From positions 260,214,001 to 260,278,000 of the forward strand of contig OZ024742.1 in the NCBI GenBank assembly GCA_964016885.1: a stretch of DNA of 64,000 nucleotides, written 5' to 3'. Source of the stretch: Eledone cirrhosa (lineage: Eukaryota). The position numbers and the translations under genes were made by a program. Positions 24,913 through 37,374 of the stretch are shown in pieces (within the stretch, counting starts at the first letter, position 1; every line of letters starts with the position of its first letter). The notes under the pieces were generated by a model. The model was not told the DNA's origin. It searched no databases and saw only the letters and a program-made list of their open reading frames with translations.

Positions 24913-26848
24913 GGCGTCTAACAATGGCATACCACCCTTGTATGGGCTCCGCAAAGACCACAAGACAGTCGACGACCCGACAATAGGACCACCAACAAGA
25001 CCTGTATGCGGAGCTAATATAGCTAGCAACTACAGGATCTCCTACTTCCTCTCAATGGTTATACGCCCCATAATCAAGATGTCCCCAGATGTATGTGAAA
25101 GTACAGAGGACCTCCTCAGCAGAATCAGTGAGTGCAACAAAAACAGGAGCCTATCCAACTGCATAATAGGCAGCATGGATGTGGTGTCACTGTACCCATC
25201 CATTAACATTGATTTTGCTGTGAAAAGATGTGTGGAGATGATCATTGAGAGTGAGGTGGAGTTCTGCGACGTCGACACAGACGAACTGGGCCTCCTACTT
25301 AGACTTACCTACGACACTGACTACCTAGACAGCCATGACCTTAGATGTTTCTGCCCTAGTAGACCTATAAGAGGTAGACCCCCCACCATAACCTCAATGG
25401 CTAAAAAGACTCCCATAGGAAGGTGGATTGGGTGGACCAAAGCTATACGGACCCCCCAAAACACTGATCAGGTAAGAAAAATGGTCGCACATGCAATAGG
25501 GGCTAGTATCAAAACTACCCTAAAGGGCCACATATTTAAGTTCAATGAGAAAATCTACACCCAAAATGAGGGAGCAGCCATCGGCGTCAGCATAGCTGGC
25601 GATGTTGCCAACCTTTTCATGGTATGGTGGGAAAGGAGACTTAAAGATCTCCTTAATGAAAGCTCCATAGACCTCATCATGTACTCTCGTTATGTAGACG
25701 ATATCAATATAGTTATAAGAACACCCCCACTAGACAGCACTAACAAGTTTGATTTAGAACGTAGCACGATGGAAAGCATCCAGCAGATAGCTAATTCCAT
25801 ACACCAGAGTATAACTGTAACTATAGACTTCCCTTCCAAACACCCTAACAATAGACTACCTGTATTAGACACAGAACTCTGGATTAACACTATAGACGAG
25901 AGAGCCCAAATTCTCCACTCACACTATGCTAAACCCATGGCCTCCAAATACCTGATACTCAAAAACTCAGCAATGTCCAGTAGTGCTAAGTTTAATATTC
26001 TGATCGCAGATTTGGTACGAGTGATGAAGAATGTGTCCAGCATGTGCGACCCAACAGAAATGGAAGGACACATCCAACACTTCATCAACCGCATGCAGTT
26101 CTCTGGCTACAACCAAAGAGACAGAGTCAGAGTATACGAAGGAGCCATGGAAAAGTATAAGACCCTCATAGAACTGGACATGAAAGGAATTTGCCCACTA
26201 TACAGGAGCAAATCATGGAATAGCTTAGATAGGGCTAGACATAAGATAGGGAAGGCCACATCATGGTACGACAACCAGAGATATCAGAGTGTCATGTTTG
26301 TGGACGCCACCCCTGGAGGGAAATTAGCTAACCAGTGTAGAAAGGCCCTGAGAAAGACCCACTTAAAAATAAAGGTGGTAGAAAAGCCAGGAACCACCAT
26401 AAAATCCCTGATCAGCAAAACCTACCCTTTTAAGAAAACCCACTGTACCAATAGGAAATGTATCATATGTAAGGTGAACCCCCGGATAAACTGTAAAACT
26501 AGAAACGTAGTCTATAGCATAAGATGTACAGAGGGTACTTGCAGAAACACGACAACAACATACATAGGTGAGACAGCTCGTAGCATAGGTGAAAGGATAG
26601 ACCAACACTGGGGGGAACTAAAAGGACGAAAAAACGGGTCAGTACTATACGAACATGCTAGACAACATCATGACGGTAACATAGACAACATAGAAATTAG
26701 AATAATATCTAAACATAGGAATGACCCAGCAGATAGGCAAATCAGAGAGGCCAGTGAAATAGAAATTAGAAGACCAAAGCTAAACAGAAAGAATGAGTGG
26801 AACAACAACAACACCCAAACGAACAACACTGACCTAAGAGAAGTATAA
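24869..26848 (+). CDS. Penelope-like reverse transcriptase + GIY-YIG endonuclease (659 aa, no stops)
   Basis: RT motifs LYGLRKDHK..PTRPV, SMDVVSLYPSI, QNEGAAIGVSIAGDVANLFM, RYVDD, LPVLD. Linker CTNRKCIICK..NC. Endonuclease VVYSIRC..C..YIGETARSIGERIDQH..H..H..REASEI..PKLN. The first 15 aa come from the inverted repeat. Confidence 0.93.
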   Translation: MLPLTDRRSKIIQIQASNNGIPPLYGLRKDHKTVDDPTIGPPTRPVCGANIASNYRISYFLSMVIRPIIKMSPDVCESTEDLLSRISECNKNRSLSNCIIGSMDVVSLYPSINIDFAVKRCVEMIIESEVEFCDVDTDELGLLLRLTYDTDYLDSHDLRCFCPSRPIRGRPPTITSMAKKTPIGRWIGWTKAIRTPQNTDQVRKMVAHAIGASIKTTLKGHIFKFNEKIYTQNEGAAIGVSIAGDVANLFMVWWERRLKDLLNESSIDLIMYSRYVDDINIVIRTPPLDSTNKFDLERSTMESIQQIANSIHQSITVTIDFPSKHPNNRLPVLDTELWINTIDERAQILHSHYAKPMASKYLILKNSAMSSSAKFNILIADLVRVMKNVSSMCDPTEMEGHIQHFINRMQFSGYNQRDRVRVYEGAMEKYKTLIELDMKGICPLYRSKSWNSLDRARHKIGKATSWYDNQRYQSVMFVDATPGGKLANQCRKALRKTHLKIKVVEKPGTTIKSLISKTYPFKKTHCTNRKCIICKVNPRINCKTRNVVYSIRCTEGTCRNTTTTYIGETARSIGERIDQHWGELKGRKNGSVLYEHARQHHDGNIDNIEIRIISKHRNDPADRQIREASEIEIRRPKLNRKNEWNNNNTQTNNTDLREV

Positions 26849-27124
26849 ATAAATAAGTAAATTAAATTAAATTAAATAAAATAAGATAAATAAATACATA
26901 CACAAGCACATAAACACACACTAGTCACCCAGCAGACAACACTATACACACTAGTCACACATCACACATCACACATAACACTATACACACACGCAAACGC
27001 ATGCGCAAAGAAGACAAAATAAAATAAGATAAACAAACAAGCAAATAAATAAATAAATATATAGACAGACTGAACAAAAAAAATGGCGTAGACATACAAC
27101 ACAACAGGAGGAACAATGAATATA

Positions 27125-27167
27125 ACACCACTGACGATGTTGCAGATGTGCAACGAAAGATTTATGT
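27125..27167 (+). ncRNA. Hammerhead-ribozyme-like core in the Penelope 3' region
   Basis: CTGACGA(27131)-T-GTTGCA gatg TGCAAC-GAAA(27155). Core and 6-bp stem II are clear; stems I and III are weak. Confidence 0.55.
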
Positions 27168-27196
27168 AAACTATATATATATGTGTTTGTCTATAT

Positions 27197-27379
27197 TGTA
27201 TCTGTATTATTTTTGACCGCCGGTCAGTCAATGGCAACATTGAGGACCGAGTAAGCTAGATCGCAGATATATATATATAAAAGACAGCGAGAAGCGAAAA
27301 CCAACCAAACAGTGAGTGTGTTCTGTTATTAATTCTGGCAATATTACGCAAATATGACCCTCCCCAAATATAACAATAT
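27197..27379 (+). repeat. Right arm of 183-bp inverted repeat (3' pseudo-LTR end)
   Basis: Exact reverse complement of 24730-24912. Contains TATATAAAAG followed about 28 nt later by CAGT. Confidence 0.95.
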
Positions 27380-27384
27380 ATATG

Positions 27385-27417
<33 letters not shown>

Positions 27418-27476
27418 GTGTATATATATATATGTATATATATATATGTGTATATATATATATGTATATATATATG

Positions 27477-27511
<35 letters not shown>

Positions 27512-27566
27512 GTATATATATGTATATATATGTATATATATGTATATATATATATGTGTATATATA

Positions 27567-27597
<31 letters not shown>

Positions 27598-27786
27598 GTG
27601 TATATATATATGTGTATATATATATATGTGTGTATATATATTTATATATGTGTGTATATATATATATGTATATATATGTATATATATGTATGTATATATA
27701 TGTATATATATATATGTGTATACATATATATATACTTATACATATATATATACATATATATATACATATACATATATATATGTATG

Positions 27787-27843
<57 letters not shown>

Positions 27844-27972
27844 GTATATGTATATATATATATGTATATATATGTATATGTATATGTATATATATATATG
27901 TATATATATGTATATGTATATGTATATATATATGTATATATATGTATATGTATATATATATGTATATATATG

Positions 27973-28007
<35 letters not shown>

Positions 28008-28258
28008 GTATATATATATGTATATATATATATGTATATATACATATACGTATATATATATATATGTATATATATACATATATATATATGTATATATATA
28101 TGCATATATATATGTATATATATGCATATATATATGTATATATATATATGCATATATATATATGTATATATATATATGCATATATATATGTATATATATA
28201 TATGTATATATATATGTATATTTATATATGTATATTTATAAATGTATATATATATATG

Positions 28259-28289
<31 letters not shown>

Positions 28290-28748
28290 GTATATATATA
28301 TATGTTTATATATATATATATGTATATATATGTATATATAAATATATGTTTGTATCTATATATATGTTTATATATATATGTATATGTGTGTGTATATATA
28401 TATATATGTGTGTATATATATATGTATATGTGTATATGTATATATATGTATATGTGTATATGTATATATATGTACATGTATATATATGTATATATATATA
28501 TATGTGTGTGTGTGTGTACGTATATGTATATATGTATATATATATATGTGTTTGTGTGTATGTATATATATATAGATATATGTATATATATATACATATA
28601 TATCTATATGTATATATATATGCATATATATATATATATATATATAAATGTATATGTATATGTAGATATGTGTATATATGTGTATATATATGTGTATATC
28701 ATCATCATCATCATCATCATTTTACGTTCGCTTTTCCCTGCTTGCAAG

Positions 28749-28795
<47 letters not shown>

Positions 28796-28822
28796 TATTA
28801 TTATTATATATATATGTGTGTG

Positions 28823-28897
<75 letters not shown>

Positions 28898-28972
28898 GTA
28901 TGGATATATATATAAATCTATATGTATATATATGTATATATGTATGTGTATATATGTATATATATGTGTATA

Positions 28973-29014
<42 letters not shown>

Positions 29015-29032
29015 TGTATATGTATATATATG

Positions 29033-29063
<31 letters not shown>

Positions 29064-29072
29064 GTACATATT

Positions 29073-29125
<53 letters not shown>

Positions 29126-29224
29126 GTGTATGTATAAGTATATATATATGTGTATATATATGTATGTATATGTGTATATATCTATATATATATATATGTG
29201 TGTCTATATATGTGTTTATGTATA

Positions 29225-29256
<32 letters not shown>

Positions 29257-29373
29257 CACACACATATATATACATATATATATACATATACATATATATA
29301 CATATATATATAGACATATATATATATATACATATATATATAGACATATATATATATACATATATATATAGAC

Positions 29374-29404
<31 letters not shown>

Positions 29405-29407
29405 GAC

Positions 29408-29447
<40 letters not shown>

Positions 29448-29583
29448 GTCTATATATATATGTATATATATATGTCTATATATATATGTATATATATATA
29501 TATGTATATATATATGTGTGTCTATATATATATATATGTGTGTGTGTCTATATATATATATATTTGTATATATGTATATATAT

Positions 29584-29667
<84 letters not shown>

Positions 29668-29888
29668 GTCTATGTATTTATATATGTATATATATAAGTG
29701 TGTATACGTATATATAAAGTGTGCATATGTATATATATATGTGGATATACGTATGTATATATATGTGTATATATATATATATATGTGTGTATGTATATAT
29801 ATATATATATATATGTATGTATATATATATATATGTATGTATATATATATGTATGTATATATATATGTGTGTGTGTATATGTATATAC

Positions 29889-29950
<62 letters not shown>
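27380..29950. repeat. (TA)n/(TATG)n array, ~2.6 kb, with a short RTE-tail island at 28698-28750
   Basis: Direct reading. Confidence 0.98.
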
Positions 29951-29952
<2 letters not shown>

Positions 29953-30149
29953 GCACATATGTTTAAAAAAGAGTGAGCATGATTTGAAAATTAAAGCAGA
30001 AAATTTCACCATAACAATGACCAAATAATAACAGGCATATATGCCCACTGAATGTGAAAAGATACCCACCTGTTTCTGTTCAGTAGGCATGTAATATTAG
30101 ACTATTATTTATATATATATATATATGTATGTATATATATATATATATA

Positions 30150-30543
30150 CGAGGGTAATCCCAAAAGTAAGGTCTCCAAAGCGATGGGGACGCAGAGAAA
30201 CTGTTCGTACGGCTGTTGGCAACACTGTTGTGATTGGTGCTTCCTTCCCTCCTAAACAAGCATTCGCGTGCTTCGCTGGGATGCTCAATCTTGGCTTGGC
30301 AGCCGTTGAGAATGGAGCTCCCGTTGAATGCCATCACCAAGTGCGAATTTTGCGCAGTTATTATATACGAAGGCAATCCCAAAACTAAGGTTTCCTTCCG
30401 AGGAAAACATGCGTAAAGATCGGCGGATCACTCTGGATGCTCTCTGCATTTTGGTTCCTGAGGTTTCGCGAAGCACCATCCACAGGATTTTAATGGAAAA
30501 GTTGCAATATCGGAAGGAGACCTTACTTTTGGCATTTGCCCTC

Positions 30544-30544
<1 letters not shown>
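30150..30544 (+). mobile_element. Internally deleted mariner (MITE-like) with ~28-bp TIRs and TA target duplication
   Basis: TA|CGAGGGTAATCCCAAAAGTAAGGTCTCC ... GGAGACCTTACTTTTGGCATTTGCCCTCG|TA. Transposase remnants KCEFCAVI and DRRIT..VSRSTIHRILMEKLQYRK. Confidence 0.88.
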
Positions 30545-30579
<35 letters not shown>

Positions 30580-30774
30580 TAGACTATTTTATTTAGTCAA
30601 AGATATGGTAAAATCTTTTAAATCAATTTTCATATATGTGTGTGTTATTTATATATGTGTTCATGCACGGAACAAAAAGCACAATGGACACACACACACA
30701 CATATATGTATATATAAATATATATATATATATATTATATATAAATACATATGTGTATATATACACACATATAA

Positions 30775-30818
<44 letters not shown>

Positions 30819-30919
30819 CTCATGAATATACAACACAAACACAGAGATGCAAAAAGACAAAGTCTTATTAGTGTCATTCTGTATATATGAGATGCATGTA
30901 TTTATATAGATATAAAATG

Positions 30920-30971
<52 letters not shown>

Positions 30972-31109
30972 AATATTCATATATATTTATATATATATGG
31001 AAAAATAGACGTTAAATGGAGGTGGTGATCATGATGATGTGTGTGTAGATATATATTGATATGATTATGTTTGTATATATGTATGTATATATATATATAT
31101 ACACACACA

Positions 31110-32158
31110 CAGTTGCTCAGTTCTTCTGAGGGCAATTGCATGAATAATCTTGAGACCCTTCTTGATGCAGCCAATCAATGAATCCAGAGTTAGCATCAAT
31201 GACTGCTTCAATATGAAGTCTGAAACATTGTCATGCTGGAATCAGATGATCTTTCTTTATCTTCTTGGGACAGTTTATTAGTTATGACAGACTTCAGACA
31301 TTTTATAGTGTAATGAGGGATCTTGACTGACTCCCCTCGTGACTACACCCCTTATGTAATAGTCAAATGGAATCAGGTTTAGTGAACTAGGAGGTCATAT
31401 GTTTGTGGGGACGTGATCATGCAGATTGTAACTGATCCATTCTTGGGTCAACTTGACCTTATGAGACGTGCAACGTCTTGTTGATAGGTGTACAATGTTC
31501 CAAATTATGATATATCCCTCATTGATCATAACTCCTAAAACCGTCACATTTCCCTGAAACTTTGTGTTCACGGCTTTTAGAATGTCGTCAGGGTCTCTTC
31601 ATAATCATCTGTTATTCCTTTGTTCTTGATCTCACTTTTTCATAGAGAAAAAACAAAGCATTTCAGTCTCTTGATCTTCAACCTGCTCGACAAGCAGTTT
31701 ACATGAATCAGCAGGTCATCTTTTGTCTTTATAGACATCAGTTTGTATCGAAGGTCCTCATGCACAATTCTTCTCATGGTGTGCCTTAAAACCTTAGAAT
31801 TGTCACTAATTGATTTTATGGGGTTCTTATCAATATTTTTCTGCACTTTCTGTACAAATATAGGTTTTCTGATGGTATTAGGGCCTGCAGCAAGCATTTT
31901 GTATTTGGCTACTACTGTAGAATCCTCTTCAGCGGCTTCCAGCTCTTTCTGAACATTGTCAACAAATGACCATGCAATTTTCAGGAAGCAAGCAATCTCT
32001 AAATCATTATGCTTTGCCATTAAGGCAATGGTTACAGCATGCCTTTACATTTGCTTCATGGCTGTCATCATTTATATGAAAAGAAATGATAATCTGAACA
32101 AATTAGAAAACAGTTAGAGTTATTAAAAAACATGTCCTCAAAGAACTGAGCTACCCTG
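31110..32158 (-). mobile_element. maT-type (DD37D) Tc1/mariner fossil
   Basis: Ends cagttgctcagttctt / aagaactgagctaccctg|TA. Minus-strand HTH ORF at 31640-32020. QQD..(37 codons, one 1-nt deletion)..*PPSSLNLIPFDY. Confidence 0.8.
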
Positions 32159-32166
32159 TAAATAAG

Positions 32167-32242
<76 letters not shown>

Positions 32243-32665
32243 AGATATGTGTGTATGTATATATATTTCAAGAAATGACATGATGCAAGAAAAGAAATGA
32301 CACAGATATGCAAAAAACACAGTCTTATTAGCTTCACATACACACACACCAAGACATTCATGATAATTTTGCTGTAAAGTTACATTTAGTAAATATGATA
32401 TTTTTTTTTTTTTTTTTATCGTAGGTTGGCTCTTATGGGTTCTTTGGCCCTCCGCTCTCTCCCTTCCTACTCAATACAAGGGTACAATCTCTACATAGTA
32501 ACTTAAAAATACTACATATATATTAATTCTTTCTATCTCTGTCACACAGAGGGGCACACATTGTATATGTGTGTTTATGTATGTATGTTTGTATGTGTGT
32601 GGATGAGAGTGAGAGTCAAGCGTCTTTATACTCCCCCCACACACACACACATATATATATATACA

Positions 32666-32734
<69 letters not shown>

Positions 32735-35375
32735 GTATATATATACATATGTGTGTGTGTGTACATGTATTCTTTTACTTTTATTCTTTTAGTTGTTTCA
32801 GTATGTAGACTGAGGTTATGCTGGGGCTCCACCTTGATTTTAGCCAAGCCAATGATATCAACCCCAGTACTTATTTCTCAAGTCTGATACGTTATCAATC
32901 CTGTTTTTGTCAGACCACTATGTTACAGGAGGTAAACACAGAAACTGCTTTGGCTTGGAATATTGGGCTCTACTGATGGCCTTTGTCAAACCTCAAAATT
33001 GGTGGGATTGATGCTTTTAATGTTCCATTTGAATTTGTACAAAGTGACAGGATAGGAATTTCATTTAGAGTTAGTTATTAAATTCTTATAAAGAAGAATT
33101 TAAAATCTAAATTTAATTAATTAGTTCTTTCCTTACTATATTTCTCATGTAAACGCTGACCATGTTTTCGAAAATAATTTTTTTAAATCGGAGGGATCTA
33201 GTAATATTCTCATTATTAAGTTGGTGTTTGGAACATAACTTAATGTTTCTAGAATGATGTTGGGAGATTTTTAGATGAATGTAAACATTTTAAACCTTTC
33301 GTGGTCATATTTTAAATAAAATAAAAGAAAGGAAAGGAAGAAAAAAGAGAAGTAATGAGAGAATGTAGAGGGGTGGAAGTGCATATAGTTGGATGGACGA
33401 TATATCTCAGTTGCATCCCGAAAGCATGTCCGCTGAAAGTAGCCAAAAGTAGCCACAGTGACATCAGCCGTGTTTTTATTTGAGTACTGTTCGAGTTGTC
33501 TTCCCTTACATGCTGTTATAAATTCTTGTTTGTCTGTACGCCTCTATTCTGAGCAGAATTGTCTTTCCCTTGTGAATCGATATACAATCGAAATCTATTA
33601 CAGTTTTACATCGCCACAATTTATCTCTTTATATGAAAATGTATATATTTATATTTATAGATACAACTAAATAACAGACTGTTTTGAGTGCTCGTATCTT
33701 TTTTGTGTTGGTTGCTATTGAGACCTCCAGTGTCCTCTGTAGCCAAATCGGGAGATGGGCATTGAGGAATGATCCCCGATGGAGGAGGAGGGAGAAGAGA
33801 AATGACTGATACATCAGGTATCGCTGGCCCTTCTCCATGGTAATTCTACCACCAACTAAGGGTGGGATTGCTGATACATTAAGTATTGCTGGCTGGTCTT
33901 TACTGCAATTCTATCACCGGCTAAGGGTCTAGGGATTTTCCCTTCCTCCTTCTCCCACATCAGCTTTTTTACAATTAGTTCTCTACTATTTATTTGCTCT
34001 ACCTTTAAATGCATAGAATATTATTGGTCTTCTAAATATATACAATATTATTGAACTTCTAAATATATACAATATTATTGAACTTGTAAGGTGATCCAAA
34101 ATAATTTATATTTGTAATAATTTCAACTAAATATTTGTCGTTTTGTTTTCGTTGAGCATTTTAAATACCACGAGTTACCTCTCAGTATTAGTTTTTTTTT
34201 TATTGAGCTTTTAAAACACTACGAGTTATCGCCCTGTATTTGTTTTCATTGAGCATTTAATGCACCATGAGTTATTTCCCTGTAGTAGCTTTTTTTAAAG
34301 CTTTTAATTCGCCCTCAGTTATCTCTCTCTATAAGCTGTTTTTCTAATTAATAGTAAGGTGGGAGTCGAGTTGGGACAGGCAAAAGAGGGTAAAAGTTTA
34401 TTGATAAGGTCACAGGCTGAGTGATGGAAAACCTTTGACAATTAAGTAAATAGCTAATTGATTGATTAACCAATTAGTGGATCGATTTATTACCCGAGAA
34501 ATTATGATTTCTAATTTAGGAACAGAGGCAACAGTTTGTGGGGAAGGGAAATATAAACTAAAATGAAACTTTACTAGTTGGAAAATTAAATTTTAAATAG
34601 GAGATATTATTTATATCAAACAAGGTGGTGGATTGGCAGTATCGGTAGAGGATCGGACGCCATGCTTTGAAGCATAGAGTTACCTCCCTGTATGATCTGA
34701 GTTCAAATCCCGCCGAGGTTAACTTTGTCTTTCATCCTTACGGGGTCGATAAAATAAAGTACCAGTAATGCACTGGGTAATTGCTGGCCTTGTGCCAAAA
34801 GTAGAAACAATTATTTATATCAAACAACGACAGCAACAACAACAACCATTTTATGGCCATTTTCTGCTGCTAAAACAGGGGTAAGTGTTGAAGTGCCCCA
34901 TGACAGTCTTCATAGCTATCATGAGGCTTTTTGGGGACAATAGTTTATGACGCGATTCACTTCCTGGTGTCTACTCCTTCAGTCAATACTGACAACACTC
35001 TAGACTAAGTCACCAACGATATATATAAATATATGTGTGTGTATGTATATATAAATATATGTGTATATAAAATTTTAAAAAGCACAAACATAGAGATACA
35101 AAACAATTAGTGTTATTAGGTTCACGCTTTGGATAAAAGAAAGAAAATAAATTCAACATATTAGTCTTTCGTAAGGATAGTACAATAGTAGATAGATTAG
35201 AAAATATTGTTTGTGATGGTGTCTAAATATGTCTGGTATATTAAAATTGGATATGTGTGTAGTTTGTCTGTATATGTATCAAATACAAAAGAAATTATTA
35301 GTGACAAATGTGTATATGTTCATTATATATATATATACTCTCACATATATATATATAAATGTGTATGTGTGTGTG

Positions 35376-35445
<70 letters not shown>

Positions 35446-35807
35446 TACATATATATAGAATGATGATGTTGATGACAAAGACAGCAAATGTCTGGAAATA
35501 TTTTGCCATTTTATCTGGAATAGTCTGTTGGCACAGTTATAGTGTAGAGGAGATGAATTCTGTTATAATCATAAAATTAAATAATAAGATAAACTCAGTT
35601 GTCACATTTCTGGTGGAGACAATTGTATTAGGTGGGTTTTTATATTAACAACACAAAGAGAATATAACAGTTTTTCCTCATTTAATATTGAAAACACAGA
35701 AAATGGAGTTGAATTTATATATTTAATATTTCTTTGCAGTGTATTGTTGCATTGAATTAGTTTCAACTTAGTTTTATCATTTGTATATTTATATATCTGT
35801 GTGTGTT

Positions 35808-35843
<36 letters not shown>

Positions 35844-37374
35844 GTTTATATGTATATATATTATGTGTGTGGATATATATATATTGTGAAGGTGCATGGC
35901 TTAGTGGTTAGAGCATTGGCATGCAGCTTAGAGGTTGTGAGTTTAATTCTCAGCTTGCGTGATGCATTGTCCTTAAGCAAAACACTTTATTTCACATTGC
36001 TTCAGTTTACTCAGCTATAGAAATTAGTTGCAACGTTACTGGTGCTAAGCTGTATCGGCCATTTCCTTTCCCTTGGACAACATCGGTGGCATGGTGAGGG
36101 AAGACTGGTATGCATGGGCGACTGCTGATCTTCCACAAACAAACCTTGCACAGGCTTGTGCCTTGGAAGGAAACTTTCTAGGAGCAAAACCATGGTCATT
36201 TGTGACCAATGGAGGCCTTAAAATATATATATATAGGTGATCGTAGAAATTTTATGAAATACAGCATTTGGTAGGTGGATACCAAATTTTGCCAATCAGT
36301 GGTGAAACAAGGAACAACAGTGAAACAGTAGACCAGTGGGGAGATAATATCCAACTAGAGTATAAAAAAAAGAGGCTAGGGGTAGAGATGGGTGGTATAT
36401 ATAGGGCTAATTATCAGTACTAAAATGAGAGATTTATGTAGCTTCAAGTGAAAAAGAAATTGGTGAAAGAAATGGTGTGGAAGAAAGATAAGATGCCATA
36501 TAGATATCTATATGTTGGGTTGTGATACAGTTAAGGCAACGACTTGTTCAAATGTTGATATAGTGAGATATATGACTGTGAAATTTTATGAGAGAGTAAG
36601 GTAGTGAAGCTGTTTAGATGTATGTATAGGTATAGGTTTTACATTAGTTGTAAGTGTAGAGATCAAATCATATATGGCCATATAATCTGATATTGCATGC
36701 ACTGTAGTTTATGTTAGATGTATGTGTGAAGTATGAGGTCAAAGTCTACATGGTTGTCTTAGCTTGAAGTTTGTCTATCGATGTGTTTGTTACATATTAT
36801 ATTTTATATGGCTAGGCGAATTGGCAGAGTTGTAAAGATGTAGGATAGAATGCTTTCCAGCATTTATCCCACCTCATTGCATGTTCTGAGTTCAAATCCT
36901 ACTGTGGTCAACTTTGCCTTTCATCCTTTTGAAGTCTATAAAAAAATACCAGCCCAGTACTGGGGTTGATTCTTCTTCTATAGAAAAAAATCGGCTGTGT
37001 TCAGATTTAGAAAGGGTTGGGCTCCACCAGGTTTAAAAGTGCCCTAGACACACCATATGGTAGTGCCTCTATGACGCCACAAGGAGTTATGGGATCTCTA
37101 TCCTTTATCCTTATATATGTGTGTGTGTGTGTAGAAATCTGTAGATGAAAGATCAAGGAAAACAGTGCTCAATCTGTTGTAAGAGAGCTTATTTAGTATA
37201 AACAAAGTTTCATACACTTAACATGTATGTGTAACCATTGTTTTCAGAGTTCAGTTATGACCACCACTGTATATTGGAGGAGACACTTTTAAACTGGCCC
37301 TTCATTCGGGCATGTGGACACACATATGAAATGGGAAGTACTTTCTCACCAGTGATATTTTTCTCCAAACACTG

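Larger units (their letters stand above)
24688..27379 (+). mobile_element. Penelope-like retroelement (EN+, C-terminal GIY-YIG; Neptune-like Cys linker), 5'-truncated with inverted 3'-end copy
   Basis: RT+GIY-YIG ORF, 3' UTR/pseudo-LTR region, 183-bp inverted repeat at both ends, (TA)n arrays on both flanks. Confidence 0.92.

Noticed and set aside
24730-27379. DNA transposon or retron-like interpretation of an ORF between terminal inverted repeats
   Set aside because: The ORF is a Penelope RT + GIY-YIG with no DDE transposase. The inverted repeat is explained as an inverted copy of the element's own 3' end.
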